From contig JBDLIE010000005.1 in NCBI GenBank assembly GCA_039715015.1, positions 32,001 to 96,000 of the forward strand: a DNA stretch of 64,000 bases, given 5' to 3'. This stretch comes from Thermodesulfobacteriota bacterium (GTDB taxonomy: Bacteria; Desulfobacterota; Desulfobulbia; Desulfobulbales; SURF-16). The notes beneath the pieces are model-generated. The model saw only the letters and a list, made by a program, of their open reading frames with translations, did not search any database and was not told where the DNA came from. The first letter of the stretch is position 1. Each line of letters opens with the position of its first letter. Position numbers and translations under genes: made by a program. Shown here piece by piece: positions 48,491-59,143 of this stretch.

Positions 48491-51184
48491 ATGAAATCGG
48501 GTAGTCGTTTAGAACGTATATTAAAGGCCGGTCATTTTGCTGTGACTGGTGAGCTTGGTCCGCCAAAGAGTGGTGATCCTGAGGTAGTTCGTAAGAAGGC
48601 CCGCATCCTGAAAGGCCATGTTGACGCAGTTAATATTACTGATTGTCAGACCGCCATTGTCCGGATGTCCAGTATTGCTGCAGGCCTTATCACCCAGCAG
48701 GAAGGTGTTGAGCCGGTAATCCAGATGACTTGCCGTGACCGTAATAGGATCGGTATGCAGAGTGATATCCTCGGTGCTTCAGCCTTGGGATTGAAAAATC
48801 TTCTCTGCCTCACTGGTGATCACCAGAAATTTGGTAACCACCCTGGTTCCAAGGGTGTCTTTGACATGGACTCCATCCAGCTTTTAGGGATGGTTAAGGA
48901 CATGCGGGATGAAAAGCAGTTTCAATGCGGTGAAGCAATTAAATCTGCTGAACCAAAGCTCTTTTTAGGCTGTGCAGCTAATCCCTTTGCCTTTCCTTTC
49001 GAGTTTCGCGCCAAGCGTCTTGCCAAAAAGGTGGCCAACGGTGCTGATTTTGTCCAGACCCAGATCATCTATAATGTTGAGAAATTTGCCAAATTCATGG
49101 AAATGGCCCGTGATATCGGCCTCCATGAAAAGGTGCATATCCTTGCCGGTGTAACCCCGCCGAAATCCCTCGGCATGGCCCGTTACATGAAAAATTTCGT
49201 GCCGGGTATGGATGTTACTGATGATGTTATCCAGCGCCTGAAAGATGCCAAGGATAAGCAGGATGAGGCCATAAATATCTGTGTGGATGTAATCAATCAG
49301 ATTAAGGAGATTGAAGGTGTTGCCGGTGCCCATGTCATGGCAATTGAGTGGGAAGAAGCCGTACCTGAAATTGTTAAACGGGCTGGGATGGATTCTCGTC
49401 CTGTTCTTGATGATGATGTTGCTGAAGCAGCTCCGTCTGAGACAAGAGAAACCATTGAAGTTCAAACTTTTGCCGCAGGGGAGAGTAAAGCTACTCTTGA
49501 TGATGCCAAGGCAGAGGCTGAAAAGATAATAGCAGCAGCAAAGGCTGAGGCCGCTAAACTTGTAGAACTCGAGAAGAGCGCTACTCCGGCACCTGTTTCA
49601 GCCCAACCTTCTGAAAAAGATAACGTTGTCGAAACGCAAGATGATGCAGGAGAACATGAGATGAACGAAAGAGAACGTCTGATGGCGTTAGAATCTGTTC
49701 AGAATGGTCTGAAGGCTTTGAAGGAGGCCTTTAACCTTACCGATGAACAGTTTGATGCCCTGGCAAATTTTGCTGGTGCTAAAAGCGTCCTTGAAAAAGA
49801 TCCAAATGTGACACCGGCTCCTGCAGCCCCTGTCTCTGCAGCTCCTGCCGCACCGGTCGCCCCTGCTGCGCCGGCTCCTGCAAGTACTGCAAGTGCAGCT
49901 TCTGCCGCTGCCCTTGAAAAACCAGCGCCAACTCCTCAGACTGCTGTTGACCTTCCTTCAGCTGTAGTGGCACGATACGAAGAGTTGATGAAACGTGCCG
50001 GCGCTTCAGTGCCATCTGCTGCTGCACCTGCTGCCGAGGCTGTTGATACAGCTGCCGCAGATGCTGCTGCCAAGAAGAAGGCTGAAGAAGAGGCTGCAGC
50101 TGAGAAGAAGAAAGCAGCAAAGCCGGCTGCCAAGAAAAAAGCAGCTCCTAAAAAGAAGAAGGCTGCTAAGTCGGCTCCGGTTGCAACTGGTGATGTCGGA
50201 GCATTTGCCGTCGAGCAGGAAGCCCTTGCTGATCGAGCTTCAAAGGTTCCTGTTGACTCCTACACTCAGAAATACACAGGTGCTATTCGTGAAACTACCC
50301 TGGGTAACGGCGATAATACCTTAACCATTGGTGGCGAGGATTCCATGCCCTTCCAGCTTTTTGAAGGGACCATGGCTAACAAACCACGCATTGCTATGGA
50401 TATCGTTGATGTCGACCCCAAAGAATGGCCAGAGACTCTGCGCCGTCATTTTGAGGATGTTATTGATAATCCGGTTGCTTGGGCTCAGAAATGTGTCAAC
50501 GAGTACAATGCAGAGGCAATCTGCATTTCCCTGGTTTCAACCGATCCTAACGGTATGAACAGAGACTCTGCAGAAGCTGCCAAGACTGCTGCCGAGGTAA
50601 TTGAAAATATCGACGTCCCCACCATTGTCTGGGGTTGTGGAAACGCTGATAAGGATACCGATACACTCCGTGAACTCACCTCTCTCATCGGTGACAAGAA
50701 GGTTTCTTTGGCTCCCCTTGAAGACAGCAACTACCGCTCTCTGGGCGCAACAGCAATGGCTTTCCAGCATCCCATTGTTGCTGCAAGCCCCATTGATGTA
50801 AACCTGGCCAAACAGCTCAACATTCTCTTGGAAAATCTTGGTGTCGGTCTTGACAACGTCATGATCGATCCTTCTGTGGGTGCACTTGGTTATGGTATCG
50901 AATATACTTACTCTGTCATGGAGCGTATCCGTCAGGCTGCCTTAATGCAGCAGGATGAAAAACTGCAGGTACCTATTATCTGTAACCTTGGTCGTGAAGT
51001 ATGGAAGGCGAAAGAATGTCGTCTGCCTTCTGATGATCTTATTGGTGACCAGGAAACCAGAAGCATCCTGATGGAAGCTATTACCGCAAGCTGTATGTTG
51101 ATGGCTGGTGGTGAGTTGATGATTATGCGTCATCCTAAGTCAATGAATCTGACCAAGGCTGTAATTGAAGGCCTCATGGCATAA
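48491..51184 (+). CDS. acsD: Fusion: methylene-THF reductase (MetF), Ala/Pro/Lys-rich linker, corrinoid Fe-S protein small subunit (AcsD)
   Basis: N-terminal QMTCRDRNR, LCLTGD, GADFVQTQ (MetF); C-terminal SPIDVNLAKQLN, ALGYGIEYTYSVMERIR, MRHP (AcsD/CdhD); one uninterrupted ORF. Confidence 0.9.
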   Translation: MKSGSRLERILKAGHFAVTGELGPPKSGDPEVVRKKARILKGHVDAVNITDCQTAIVRMSSIAAGLITQQEGVEPVIQMTCRDRNRIGMQSDILGASALGLKNLLCLTGDHQKFGNHPGSKGVFDMDSIQLLGMVKDMRDEKQFQCGEAIKSAEPKLFLGCAANPFAFPFEFRAKRLAKKVANGADFVQTQIIYNVEKFAKFMEMARDIGLHEKVHILAGVTPPKSLGMARYMKNFVPGMDVTDDVIQRLKDAKDKQDEAINICVDVINQIKEIEGVAGAHVMAIEWEEAVPEIVKRAGMDSRPVLDDDVAEAAPSETRETIEVQTFAAGESKATLDDAKAEAEKIIAAAKAEAAKLVELEKSATPAPVSAQPSEKDNVVETQDDAGEHEMNERERLMALESVQNGLKALKEAFNLTDEQFDALANFAGAKSVLEKDPNVTPAPAAPVSAAPAAPVAPAAPAPASTASAASAAALEKPAPTPQTAVDLPSAVVARYEELMKRAGASVPSAAAPAAEAVDTAAADAAAKKKAEEEAAAEKKKAAKPAAKKKAAPKKKKAAKSAPVATGDVGAFAVEQEALADRASKVPVDSYTQKYTGAIRETTLGNGDNTLTIGGEDSMPFQLFEGTMANKPRIAMDIVDVDPKEWPETLRRHFEDVIDNPVAWAQKCVNEYNAEAICISLVSTDPNGMNRDSAEAAKTAAEVIENIDVPTIVWGCGNADKDTDTLRELTSLIGDKKVSLAPLEDSNYRSLGATAMAFQHPIVAASPIDVNLAKQLNILLENLGVGLDNVMIDPSVGALGYGIEYTYSVMERIRQAALMQQDEKLQVPIICNLGREVWKAKECRLPSDDLIGDQETRSILMEAITASCMLMAGGELMIMRHPKSMNLTKAVIEGLMA

Positions 51185-51228
51185 TAGAGCAAAGATTTTT
51201 ACCCGATCTTCAGTAGAGGAATTATTCA

Positions 51229-53436
51229 ATGTCTAAAATAATCTGTTCAGCAGCAATTCGCGGTGCTCATAATATCGTGGATATGGCTGAGGAAAAATAT
51301 GAAGAAGCCCTGAAGAAATATGGAGCGGATCAGGATGTCAGCTTTCCGAATACCGCCTATTTCTTGCCCATTATCTACTCAATGCTTGGTGCCAAGGTCG
51401 AAAAGATTGGCGACATGAAGGATATCTTCCAGGAATGTCGCAAGCTTCTTCCTGAGCTTGTTACCGATCACACCTGGCTTCCCTATCTTGCTCCGGCCCT
51501 TGATGCTGGTATGGCCACCTATTTCGCTGAAGAGATGTATGAGGCCATTCGCTACATCGATACACCTGAATTTTATACCAAGAGCGAAGATCCCACTGAC
51601 AGCAATTTATGGCTTGGTGCTGCTGATGATGTCATCTTCCGTAAGCGTGGTGTAGAATTTGTTGATGGTTCTGCCCCTGGTTTTGCCGCAATTGTCGGTG
51701 CTCCTGATGATAAAGATGTAGCTTCTAAGATTGCCCTGGAGCTGCAGGAAAAGAATCTTTACATCTTCATGCACGACCACAGCAAAAACGGCAAAAACAT
51801 GTCGCAGCAGTTGGTTGATAGTGGTGTTCAGGTTGGCTGGAATACCCGTCTGGTGCCTTTTGCTGATAATTATACATCCGTTGTTTTTGCCATTGGTTTT
51901 GCCTGTCGTGTGGCCATGGCCTTCGGTGGAATCAAGCCCGGTGATTACACCGGTAACCTGATTTACAATAAGGATCGTACCTTTGCCTTTGTTATGGCCT
52001 TTGGCGATGTCTCTGATGAGTGGTATGCCAATGCCGCTGGTGCCATCAACTGGGGCTTCCCAACCATCTCTGACTACGATATCCCTGAGGTGCTGCCAAC
52101 TGGTATCTGCACCTACGAGCATGTTGTCTCCAACGTGCCCCATGATGAGTTTGTCCAGAAGGCCATTGAGGTCCGCGGCCTGAAGGTTAATGTTACCAAG
52201 ATTGACATCCCCATGTCCTTTGGTCCTGCCTTTGAGGGTGAGCGTATCCGTAAGGATGACCTGTTCATGGAATGTGGTGGTGGCCGTACAACTGGCGTTG
52301 AGGTTCTTATCTCCAAAGAGATGGACGAGGTTGAAGACGGCCTTGTTACTCTGGAAGGCTTAGATATCTCTGATATCAAACAGGGTCAGAACCTGCCCAT
52401 CAGTATCCTGGTTGAGGTTGCCGGCCGCGAGATGCAGTCAGATTTTGAGCCTATTTTGGAGCGTCAATTCCATCACCTGATGAATTATATCCAGGGTATC
52501 ATGCATATTGGTCAGCGTGATATTATGTGGATCAGGATTGGTCACGGTGCTGTTGAAAAAGGATTCTCTTTCAAGCACTTGGGTAAAGTGCTTCACGGAA
52601 AGCTTCATCAGGAGTTTGGTGCAATCCTTGATAAGGTTCAGGTTAAAATCTCCACTGTTCAGGAAACAGTTGAGCAGGTTCTTGCCCTTGCCAAAGAGAC
52701 CTATGGTGAACGTGACCTTCGCCTCGGCAACATGACCGATGAGACTGAAGAGGTCTTCTACTCATGTACCCTGTGTCAGTCTTTCGCCCCATCCCACGTC
52801 TGTGTTATCACCCCGGAGCGTGTCGGTATGTGTGGTGCCTATAACTGGCTGGATGGTAAGGCCTCTTTCCAGATCAACCCCACCGGACCGAACCAGCCCA
52901 TTGAGAAGGGTGAATGTACTGATGAAGAGCTTGGTGATTTTGTCGGAATTAACGACTTTGTTAACCAGGCCTCCCGTGGTGCTGTCCCTGAGGTAAGCTG
53001 TTACTCCCTGATGAACAACCCCATGACCGCTTGCGGTTGTTTTGAGGCCATTGCTGCCATGCTGCCTCAATGTAACGGCATCATGGTCGTTAACCGCGAC
53101 TATATGGGGATGACACCTTCTGGTATGAAGTTCACCTCCCTGGCTGGTATGGCTGGTGGTGGCGCCCAGACCCCTGGTTTCATGGGTGTTTCTAAACATT
53201 ACATGACCAGCCGTAAGCTGTTCATGGCTGAGGGTGGTCTCAAGCGTGTTGTTTGGATTCCTAAGATCCTCAAGGATGAGATTAGCGACAAGCTGAGGGC
53301 TCGCTGCGAAGAGATCGGTATGCCGGAACTTTACGATATGATTGCCACAGAAGAGCAGGGCACCACTGAAGAGGAAATCCTTGCCTTCCTGAAAGAAAAA
53401 GGTCATCCGGCCTTGGAGATGGAGTCTGCAGTATAA
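51229..53436 (+). CDS. acsB: Acetyl-CoA synthase
   Basis: FPNTAYFLP, YSCTLCQSFAPSHVC, GMCGAYNW, PMTACGCFE. Confidence 0.97.
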   Translation: MSKIICSAAIRGAHNIVDMAEEKYEEALKKYGADQDVSFPNTAYFLPIIYSMLGAKVEKIGDMKDIFQECRKLLPELVTDHTWLPYLAPALDAGMATYFAEEMYEAIRYIDTPEFYTKSEDPTDSNLWLGAADDVIFRKRGVEFVDGSAPGFAAIVGAPDDKDVASKIALELQEKNLYIFMHDHSKNGKNMSQQLVDSGVQVGWNTRLVPFADNYTSVVFAIGFACRVAMAFGGIKPGDYTGNLIYNKDRTFAFVMAFGDVSDEWYANAAGAINWGFPTISDYDIPEVLPTGICTYEHVVSNVPHDEFVQKAIEVRGLKVNVTKIDIPMSFGPAFEGERIRKDDLFMECGGGRTTGVEVLISKEMDEVEDGLVTLEGLDISDIKQGQNLPISILVEVAGREMQSDFEPILERQFHHLMNYIQGIMHIGQRDIMWIRIGHGAVEKGFSFKHLGKVLHGKLHQEFGAILDKVQVKISTVQETVEQVLALAKETYGERDLRLGNMTDETEEVFYSCTLCQSFAPSHVCVITPERVGMCGAYNWLDGKASFQINPTGPNQPIEKGECTDEELGDFVGINDFVNQASRGAVPEVSCYSLMNNPMTACGCFEAIAAMLPQCNGIMVVNRDYMGMTPSGMKFTSLAGMAGGGAQTPGFMGVSKHYMTSRKLFMAEGGLKRVVWIPKILKDEISDKLRARCEEIGMPELYDMIATEEQGTTEEEILAFLKEKGHPALEMESAV

Positions 53437-53509
53437 GCCGACCCCCATTCTTACCCAGATAATGATAAAAATTGATTGTATTTATATAAATAAGAGAGAG
53501 GGCTAGAAA

Positions 53510-54865
53510 ATGGCTTTAACTGGTATCCAGATCCTCAAAATGCTCCCCAAGAAGAATTGTGGTGAGTGTCAAATTCCTACCTGCCTTGCCTTTGCAATGA
53601 AAGTTGCAGCTGGTCAGGCTGAGATTGGCGAGTGTCCTTACGTAAGTGACGAAGCAAAGGCCACCATTGGCGAGGCCTCAGCCCCTCCTATCCGTACTGT
53701 TCAGGTGGGTAATGGCGACACCGCCTTTAAGGCTGGTGGTGAGACATGCCTCTATCGTCATGAAAAGCGTTTTGAAAATCCCACTGGTATTGCCGTACTT
53801 GTTACAACGGAAATGGCAGATGCTGATGTTGACGGTCGGGTCGAGCGTTTTAAGACCCTTCGCTATGATCGCGTTGGCGTGAACTTGAAGGCCGATCTTA
53901 TTGCTATCAAAGATAGTGACGGTGATCAGGGTAAGTTTACTAGCCTTGTTCAGAAAGTCCTGGATGGTGCAACTGATGCCAACATTATCCTCATGACTGA
54001 AGATGCCGGTAATATGGCTGCTGGAGCTAAACTCTGCGGCGACCGTAAGCCGCTTCTCTTTGGTGCCACCGATGGAAATGTTGGTGAAATGGCGGCATTA
54101 GCCAAAGATAGCGGTTACGCTTTGGGCTGTAAGGGTACCAATATGGATAACCTTGTTGATGTGTCTGAAAAGGCTCAGGCAGAAGGCCTTAAGGACCTTA
54201 TGATCGACACCGGTGCCCGTACCCTCCGTGCTGTTTTTGAAGACAATGTCGTTGCCCGTCGGGCCGCTGTTAACAGCAAGTATAAGCCCCTAGGTTTCCC
54301 GACCATCACCTTCCCCTGTGAGATGACTGACGATCCAATGATGGAGGCGATGATTGCCTCTGTTGTGATGGCTAAGTATGCCGGCATAGTGGTTCTGTCT
54401 GATCTTCAGGGCGATATTCTCTTTCCTCTGCTTCTTGAGCAGCTGAACATCTTCACTGATCCTCAGCGCCCAATGGTTGTTCAGGAGGACATTTATAATA
54501 TCAACGGGCCTGACGAGAATTCTCCGGTCCTGATTACCTGTAACTTCTCACTGACTTATTTCATTGTCTCTGGTGAGATTGAGGGTGCTAATGTTCCTTC
54601 CTGGTTATTGATCAAGGATACAGAGGGCCTGTCCGTTCTTACTGCCTGGGCTGCTGGTAAATTTGGTGCAGATCTCATTGCTCAGTTCATGAAGAAGGCT
54701 GCCATTGAGGATAAGGTCAAGCATCGTGAGCTGATCATTCCCGGTTATCTTGCCTCTATGAAGGGTGAGCTTGAGGAAGAGCTCCCTGGTTGGACCATCA
54801 CCATTGGTCCCCGTGAGGCTGGTCACCTGCCATCCTTTCTGAAAGAATGGAAACCTGCAGCCTAA
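53510..54865 (+). CDS. acsC: Corrinoid Fe-S protein large subunit
   Basis: LPKKNCGECQIPTCLAFA...CPY, IFTDPQRP, NFSLTYF, GLSVLTAWAAGKF. Confidence 0.96.
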   Translation: MALTGIQILKMLPKKNCGECQIPTCLAFAMKVAAGQAEIGECPYVSDEAKATIGEASAPPIRTVQVGNGDTAFKAGGETCLYRHEKRFENPTGIAVLVTTEMADADVDGRVERFKTLRYDRVGVNLKADLIAIKDSDGDQGKFTSLVQKVLDGATDANIILMTEDAGNMAAGAKLCGDRKPLLFGATDGNVGEMAALAKDSGYALGCKGTNMDNLVDVSEKAQAEGLKDLMIDTGARTLRAVFEDNVVARRAAVNSKYKPLGFPTITFPCEMTDDPMMEAMIASVVMAKYAGIVVLSDLQGDILFPLLLEQLNIFTDPQRPMVVQEDIYNINGPDENSPVLITCNFSLTYFIVSGEIEGANVPSWLLIKDTEGLSVLTAWAAGKFGADLIAQFMKKAAIEDKVKHRELIIPGYLASMKGELEEELPGWTITIGPREAGHLPSFLKEWKPAA

Positions 54866-54982
54866 TCAAACTGTTGTTGAAGAAATAAGGATTCAGAGGA
54901 TGTGATAGTTTGGCTGTCTTATGCTGGCCAACTGTCCTTTTTTTGAACTCTTCATTCTTAAGTCTTAGATTCGTAAAGAAAC

Positions 54983-57900
54983 ATGTCGACGATTACTTTA
55001 GAAATAGACGGCTCTGAAATCATTGCCGAAGACGGGCTTACTATCCTCGAAATAGCTAAGCGTTCGGGGATTCATATTCCTACCCTTTGTCATGTCAATG
55101 GCAAGCATGGTCAAGTTCCCTGCCAGCTCTGTGTTGTTGAGGTTGAAGGTTCTGATGATTTTGTGCGCTCCTGTGCCACTGTTGCCACAGCAGGCATGAA
55201 AATTATCACTGAATCAAAAGACCTGACAAAACATCGGCAGGATAGACTTTCCACTGTTTCAGCCAGCCATTTTGGTGACTGTAAGGCTCCCTGTAACCTT
55301 ACCTGCCCTGGCCAGCTTAATGTCCAAGGTTATATTGCCCATGTTTCCAAGGGGGAATATGAAGAGGCGCTGCGCCTTGTCATGGATCGTAATCCCTTCC
55401 CCTTTTCCGTGGGCAGGGTGTGTCCTCGTTTCTGCGAAACACGGTGCAGGCGCCTGATGGTTGATGAACCTGTTTCTATCAACCATCTTAAGCGTTTTGT
55501 TGCTGATTGGTGCATGACCAATAACATTGACCTGCATATCCCCCGGGAGAAGAATACAGGCAAGCGTGTTGCTGTTATCGGCGGTGGCCCTGCCGGATTG
55601 ACTGCGGCCTATTTTCTTGCCCAAAAGGGCCATGAAGTTACTGTTTTTGAAGCAAACCCCAAGGTCGGCGGTATGCTTCGCTATGGAATGCCTGAATATA
55701 AGATTCCCCGTAAGGTTCTTGATTATGAGACGAACATGATCATGAAAATGGGGATTTCAGTCCGTTTGAATCAAAAATGGGGTGAAGATTTTAATCTCCA
55801 GGACCTGAAGGACCAGGGCCATGATGCCATTTTCGTCGCCACTGGCGCCGGGGTAGATGTTCGTCTGGATGTTCCAGGCTGTCAGCTCCCAATGGTTCAT
55901 CGTGCGGCTGAATTCCTTAAGGCTATAGCCACTGGCAAAAAACGTAATTATGGCAAAACCGCTGCTGTTATTGGCGGTAATAATATTGCCATGGAATGCG
56001 CCCGCTCTTTATTACGGCAAGGTGTTGAGCAGGTTACCGTGATTTTTCACCGTGCTCAGGAAGAGATGACTGCTAACCAGCGTGTCATCCGCCAGGCTCT
56101 TGGTGAAGGTGTTCAATTCCTGCTTATGGCCGCCCCTGTTCAGGTTTCAGATGTTGACGGGAAGATGAAGGTGGAGCTTGTCCGTATGCGGCTTGGCGAA
56201 CCTGACGAAAAGGGCACCAGACATCCTGAGGCGGTTCCAAACTCCAGTAATTCCTTAATCGTTGATACTGTAGTTTCTTCCTTGGGGCAGATGGCCTGCG
56301 ATGGTTCCTTTGCTGGAGGTGAGTTGGAAAATGAGCTTGCGATTTCACCGAAAAATACCATAAAGGCTTCGCCTCGTGACTTTTTGACTTCTGTCCCTGG
56401 GGTCTATGCGGCTGGTGATTGCGTATCCGGACCTAGAACAGTTATCCAGACGGTTGTTGCAGCCCGTAAGGCTGCAAACAATATCCACGCCTTTATTACT
56501 GGTGAACCGAAAGAAGAGGCGGACAACAGGTTTAACTTCACCCGCGGTAAATCCTTTGATCAGGTTGATATGGCCAACTTCGAAGGTGTCGGCATTAAGC
56601 TTCGTGAGAAGATGCCCACCCGGCCACCGGAAACAGCTATTCAGGATTTCAGCGAGGTCAAGCTCGGTTTCTCTGAAGAGATGGCCAAGAATGAGGCAGA
56701 TCGTTGTCTCTCCTGTGGTTGTACAGCCTTTGATCGCTGTGATCTAAAAAAATTGGATATTGATCACAAGGTCAATATCAATAAGACCGGCATGGGCACC
56801 ACACCTATTTATGCCAAGGATACTTCCCATCCGGTTATCACGGTTGACCTAAATAAGTGTGTCTATTGTCAGCGCTGTGTAAACAGCTGTGAGTATGATG
56901 CCCTTGATCTGGGCCATGACGGTTTTGATGAAAATGGCATGCCGGCCAATATCAGCCTTAACTTTAATGACAACTGTGTAAACTGCGGTAATTGTGTTGA
57001 TAATTGCTCGACTGGTTCCCTTAATAAGAAAACCTCCATCGTCCCCCTTAACTATGAGAAGATGGAAGAGGTACGGACCACCTGTCCTTATTGTGGTGCT
57101 GGTTGCCAGCTCCTTTTAAAGGTCAAAGGCGACACCTTGATGGAAGTTTCTTCAGAGCCTGATCTGGCCCCTAATTATGGCGCTCTCTGTGTTAAGGGAC
57201 GTTTTGCCCATAATTTTGTCCAGTCAGAAGAGCGCCTCACCAAGCCTCTTGTTCGGCGTCATGGCCAGTTAGTTGAGACGACCTGGGAAGATGCCTATAA
57301 CGTCATTGCCAAGAATTTCTTCGATATCAAGTCCATGTATGGCCCTGACTCCATTGCCGGTTTCAGCTGCGCACGGGCGACCAACGAAGAAAATTATTTA
57401 ATGCAGAAATTTATGCGCACAGCGATCGGCACTAATAACATCGATCACTGTGCCCGACTCTGACACGCTCCCACGGTGGCCAGTTTGGCCCTCACCTTTG
57501 GCAGCGGCGCAATGACTAACTCCATTGCAGATACAGAGAAGACAGATCTCTTTTTGATGATTGGTTCAAACCCTGATACCGGTCATCCCACCATTGGCCT
57601 TCGTGTTCATCAGGCGGTTGATCGTGGCGCTAAACTTATTGTCGTTGATCCCCGCCGCACTAAGCTTGCTGACCGTGCTGATCATTGGCTGCGTATCGAG
57701 CCTGGTACGGATGTCGCCTTCCTTAACGGTTTGATGCATATCATTCTCGAAGAGGATCTCTGGGACAAGAAGTTTGTTGAGGACCGCACCGAAGATTTTG
57801 ATGAGTTGCAAAGGCTGGTCAAAAAATATACCCCAGAACATGTCTCCGGCATTACCGGTATTCCGGAGGAGCAACTCTATGCCGTTGCCCGGCTCTATGC

Positions 57901-59110
57901 CGCAGAAGGGCGCCATGCCATCTTCCACGGTATGGGTATCACCCATTATGTAACTGGTACTGACCGTGTGAAGAGTATTGCCAATCTTGCCATGCTCTGC
58001 GGTAAGGTCGGTGTCGAAGGTGGTGGCTGTAACCCTCTGCGCGGCCAGAACAATGTCCAGGGCGCCTGTGATATGGGTGCGCTCTTTAATACCCTGCCTG
58101 GTTATGGCGCTCTTAATAATGAAAATATGCTGGACAGGCTGGAAGAGCTCTGGAAGGTTAAGGTCCCGCGTAAGCCTGGTAAGCCTGCCACTGAGGTTTG
58201 GGACAATGTTACTAGTGGCGATATTCGCGCCCTCTATGTCTTTGGTGAAGATCCAGCTGTTGCTGATGCCAATATCGCCCACGTCCAGGCTGCCCTTGAG
58301 AAGGTGGATTTCCTGGTGGTTCAGGACCTCTTTCTTACCGATACAGCCAAGGCTGCTGACGTTGTTTTGCCCGCCGCCTGCTTTGCAGAAAAGGACGGAA
58401 CCTTTTCCAATACCGAACGCCGTGTCCAGAGGGTTCGTAAGGCCGTCAATCCTCCCGGTGATGCCAAACCGGACTGGCAGATTTTCTCTGAGCTCTCCCA
58501 GAAGATGGGATATGACAACATGCAATACAGCTCAGCAGAAGAGGTCTTTGAGGAGATTCGTAATCTTCTTCCCCAGTATAAGGGCATTACCTACCAGCGT
58601 TTGGAAGAGGTTGGCTTGCAGTGGCCTGTGCCCACAGAGGATCATCCTGGCACGCCGGTCCTCCATACCGAGACCTTTACCCGCGGCAAAGGTCTGTTCA
58701 TCCCTGAGGATTATATCCCACCCGTTGAACTGCCGGACGATGAGTATCCCATGAAGTTTACCACGGGCCGTGATATTGCCCGTTATAACTTCAGCAGTAT
58801 GACCGGTAAAACCGCTGAAATTGATGTTATCAGCCCAGAGGCCTTTGCTGAGGTCAATCCTGTTGATGCTGAACGTCTCGGTATCAAGGAGGGCAACTGG
58901 ATTCGGATGACCTCTCGCCGCGGTTCCGTTGAGATGCGGGCGACCATTACTGATCGTTCCCAACTGGGGACAATTTTTACAACATATAACCATATAGAAG
59001 CGTTAGTTAACTTCTTGACTCTGGATGCCCTGGATCGTCTTTCCAGGACTCCGGAATATAAGCTCTGTGCAATTAAAGTTGAAGTACTAGGTGATGATTT
59101 GTCCAACTAG
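54983..59110 (+). CDS. fdhA: Selenocysteine formate dehydrogenase alpha subunit with N-terminal 2Fe-2S and GltD-like flavin domains
   Basis: ORFs 54983-57463 and 57476-59110 are in one frame joined through TGA 57461-57463 (DHCARL-U-HAPTVA); CPYCGAGC, LRGQNNVQG; 1375 aa in total. Confidence 0.92.
57478..57490 (+). promoter_or_regulatory. Putative SECIS apical hairpin (fdh)
   Basis: GGCCA-GTT-TGGCC shortly after the in-frame TGA. Confidence 0.6.
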
Positions 59111-59143
59111 GACAATAGAATATTTTACTTATTTGGTGTGATT

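Noticed and set aside
49810..50180. gct/gca/cct-rich stretch as a DNA tandem repeat or CRISPR
   Set aside because: It is low-complexity Ala/Pro/Lys coding sequence with no fixed repeat unit or spacers
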